Shown: positions 61,636 through 64,000 of the stretch, in pieces
Numbering within the stretch: the first letter of the stretch is position 1
Layout: each line of letters begins with the position of its first letter
Origin: Bdellovibrionales bacterium
Lineage (GTDB): Bacteria; Bdellovibrionota; Bdellovibrionia; Bdellovibrionales; CAYMLA01
DNA length: 64,000 nucleotides
Direction: 5' to 3'
Assembly (NCBI GenBank): GCA_965217115.1
Contig: OZ244239.1
Span: forward strand, 1,248,001 to 1,312,000
Made by a program: the position numbers and the translations under genes
The notes under the pieces: model-generated
The model's input: only the letters and a program-made list of their open reading frames with translations
The model's database searches: none
Told to the model about the DNA's origin: nothing

Positions 61636-63633
61636 TTAATTTGAATCTTCGTCTCTTTGCTTTTTTAGATAATTTTCTGGATCAAATTCAGTGATGTCGT
61701 TGTTATCGACAGTAAGAGTGACGAGAGGGCGGATAACTTCTCTTTTTGCAGAGATACTGAGGTTTTTTATAAAGCCAGGGAATATTTTTAGAGAGGAGAG
61801 CTTCTCTTTAAGGTCTGTTCTTGATGTGGCCCCTGAAGTGATGAGTTGTCGAAGCAAAACAGCAGAATCGTAGGCTTGAATCTCAAATGTCCCAGGGCTT
61901 GTTTTAAAGACACGGGAAAAATCTTTATACAGAGAGGTCTGCTTAGTTTGTTCACTGACTAAAGCCCCGCCGATGAAAATGGTTAATTGAGAGAATCGCC
62001 CTGCGCGCTTTGGAAGAGATGATGTATGCCAAAGGTTTGTGCCGAGGAGAGAGAGATTTTCTACATCATTGTAGGCTAACATAGGGGCGACTTGTCCGAG
62101 AGTTTTTACGCTGTCTGGAATAAAAAGAGCTTCAAAATCAACAACAGGAGGAAGAATATCGTTGGGGATGTTTTTTCGTAGAGTTCTTCTTGTTTGAGAT
62201 TCGGTCCATTCTCGAAGACGAATTTTGTACTCAGGTAGTCGATCCTCAATATAGAATGTTCCAACAAGTCTTTGGATATGGGAACGAAAATCTGTTTCCT
62301 TTGGATTGTAACTGACGGCGCCTCGGATTTCTCCGCCGCGAGCAAGGACTTCATCCCAAAAAAGACTGGCATATTCTGTGCCATAGTTATCGTTGGGGTA
62401 GAGGATAGCAAAACGCTTGAGTTTCATTTCTTCCATCGCTGTGCGAACGAGGTGTTTCACTTGCATGTGACTGGTTGTGGCGTTTCTAAATACCGACCGA
62501 CCGACTTCTGTAACATTGCTTTTTTGAGAGAGAGCGATGCTTGGAACACCGAGTTCATGAGCTTTTGAAGCAACGGCTAAGGAGGTTTTACTTAGAAGAC
62601 TACCAACGATGGCAACGACGTGGTCCTCTTGAACCAGACGCTCAACGGCCTTTCGTGCAACGTCAGGGTTTCCTTCGCTGTCAATGACAGCTAACTTGAA
62701 TTGAGAGGGATTGTTATCATAAAGACCTAAGCCGAGTTGAAGTCCTTTTAGAGTTTTTTTTGCAATTTTAGCATGCTTTCCCGTTAGGGGGAGAATGGCC
62801 CCAATGGTGTAGGAAGATGTTTTTTTTAAAGAATTAATTTGGAAAATCAATTGTGAAGCTTCTTCAGAGAGGTCACTTTCTGGTAGTAAAACAATCACTT
62901 TATTTAGATAGTATCGAGCAAGGCTTGTGTTCTGTTTCTCGATATAATTATGTCCCAGTTGTAACATTGCATAGGGACGAATAAATGAATAGTCAGAGTT
63001 AGAGGAGACATCCTCTCTTTGAGAATCAGTGAGCTTAGATTCGGTGAGTTCTATGGCCTGTAGACGATATTGAGAACGATTCTCTGGAGAAGTATCCTCA
63101 ATAGATAAATAAACAAGGGTTTTAAGTTTTTCTAGTGGATGTTGAATTTGTGTTAATAACAGTAGAGACAAACGGTGGGCAAGGAGAGACTCTTTTTTTG
63201 AAAGCCCTGATTTGTTAATGAGTTTTTGATTGAGTTTAAATGCTTTTTCAAGTTGATTCATATGAAAAAGAGCACGAGAGGCATAGAGAAGAGCTTCAAT
63301 TTCTCGATCACTTTCAAAGCTAGATTGAATAACCTTTAAATAGTGTTGATAGGCTTTAGAGAAGTTTTGTTTTTTATTATAAATATGCCCTATTTCTATA
63401 GAAGCATCATCAGCGAGGTCTGAACCAGGAAAAGAATCTGTCACTTGGGAGAAAGAGAGAATAGCCTGAGAAAAGTGGCCATGTTTTTTTTGCCATAACC
63501 CTTTTTTATAAAGATTTTGAACAGAGAGAGGAGATTTGATTGCAGGCCGCTTAAAGAGCTGAGTTGAACAAGAGGAGAGAAAAAGTAAACAAGAAGAAAA
63601 TATTAATAGATTGTAAAATAAAATTTTGCTCAT
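61636..63633 (-). CDS. LpoA-like penicillin-binding protein activator (TPR plus type 1 periplasmic-binding fold) lipoprotein
   Basis: Lipobox LSSC, TPR helices, IGAILPLTG, VAIVGSL, FEALFIPDS, AYDS. Confidence 0.75.
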   Translation of the reverse strand: MSKILFYNLLIFSSCLLFLSSCSTQLFKRPAIKSPLSVQNLYKKGLWQKKHGHFSQAILSFSQVTDSFPGSDLADDASIEIGHIYNKKQNFSKAYQHYLKVIQSSFESDREIEALLYASRALFHMNQLEKAFKLNQKLINKSGLSKKESLLAHRLSLLLLTQIQHPLEKLKTLVYLSIEDTSPENRSQYRLQAIELTESKLTDSQREDVSSNSDYSFIRPYAMLQLGHNYIEKQNTSLARYYLNKVIVLLPESDLSEEASQLIFQINSLKKTSSYTIGAILPLTGKHAKIAKKTLKGLQLGLGLYDNNPSQFKLAVIDSEGNPDVARKAVERLVQEDHVVAIVGSLLSKTSLAVASKAHELGVPSIALSQKSNVTEVGRSVFRNATTSHMQVKHLVRTAMEEMKLKRFAILYPNDNYGTEYASLFWDEVLARGGEIRGAVSYNPKETDFRSHIQRLVGTFYIEDRLPEYKIRLREWTESQTRRTLRKNIPNDILPPVVDFEALFIPDSVKTLGQVAPMLAYNDVENLSLLGTNLWHTSSLPKRAGRFSQLTIFIGGALVSEQTKQTSLYKDFSRVFKTSPGTFEIQAYDSAVLLRQLITSGATSRTDLKEKLSSLKIFPGFIKNLSISAKREVIRPLVTLTVDNNDITEFDPENYLKKQRDEDSN

Positions 63634-63691
63634 AGTCGCATGACTCCTCTTTACTGTGAAAACACTACCTTTTTTGACGATTTTTTTAAAC

Positions 63692-64000
63692 TTATTGTGA
63701 TGGTTTTTTTCTTAATTGTTCAAGGGTCTTTTTAAAATCGGCGACCTTCGGAGTGTCTTTAAGATCTGTTTTCATCTGCTTAAGTAGCTTAATTTGTTGT
63801 TTATTTAGGTCTTGAGGTGTGTCGACGAGTATTTTAATGAGCATATCTCCGTCCCCCGATCCTTTTAGTTCTGGAAAACCCTTTCCTTTGAGGCGAAAGA
63901 CTTGTTCAGAGGTGCTTCCCGGAGGAATTTTAAGGTGTCCACGCCCTGATAATGTGGGAATTTCGAGGGAGGCTCCCAAAATGGCATCAATGAAACTGAC
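63692..64000 (-). CDS. DnaJ-family chaperone, C-terminal part (truncated by window edge)
   Basis: AILGASLEIPTL, IPPG, FRLKGKG.P, GDMLIKI.V.TP. Confidence 0.85.
   Translation of the reverse strand, partial: VSFIDAILGASLEIPTLSGRGHLKIPPGSTSEQVFRLKGKGFPELKGSGDGDMLIKILVDTPQDLNKQQIKLLKQMKTDLKDTPKVADFKKTLEQLRKKPSQ

Overview
Chromosomal origin region of an AT-rich bacterium, most likely Bdellovibrionota. This is inferred from the TIGR02147-type regulator, the split ATP synthase and membrane-arm-only nuo clusters, and oriC lying between dnaA and dnaN. The core is ordinary: etfA, three PPIases, pdxA, PMM, atpE/atpB/subunit I, gyrA-gyrB-recF-dnaN, oriC (DnaA boxes, DnaA-trios, AT-rich DUE), dnaA, rpmH-rnpA-yidD-yidC-jag-mnmE-mnmG-rsmG, parS-parA-parB-bactofilin, atpF'FHAGDC, mfd, nuoAHJKLMN, patatin, lon, dksA, an LpoA-like lipoprotein and a DnaJ C-terminus. 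The unusual part is an ~10 kb accessory block (35.0-45.4 kb) of predicted secreted proteins around a TIGR02147-family gene. It has (i) a shared ~50-bp promoter-upstream motif with a TGACT-N2/3-AGTCA palindrome exactly 20 nt upstream of a -35-like hexamer at two oppositely oriented promoters, and (ii) two distant paralogues of an uncharacterised secreted domain. It also has (iii) a tandem triplet sharing an N-terminal helical domain with swapped C-termini. Two of these end in non-catalytic FGE/SUMF1 (C-type-lectin-fold) domains whose 3' ends look like diversity-generating retroelement (DGR) variable regions: A-free scaffold codons, A-biased non-synonymous differences and an identical 58-nt 3' tail. 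No reverse transcriptase or template repeat is visible in the window. No rRNA, tRNA, CRISPR array, integrase or transposase was recognised. All calls are by eye, without database searches.
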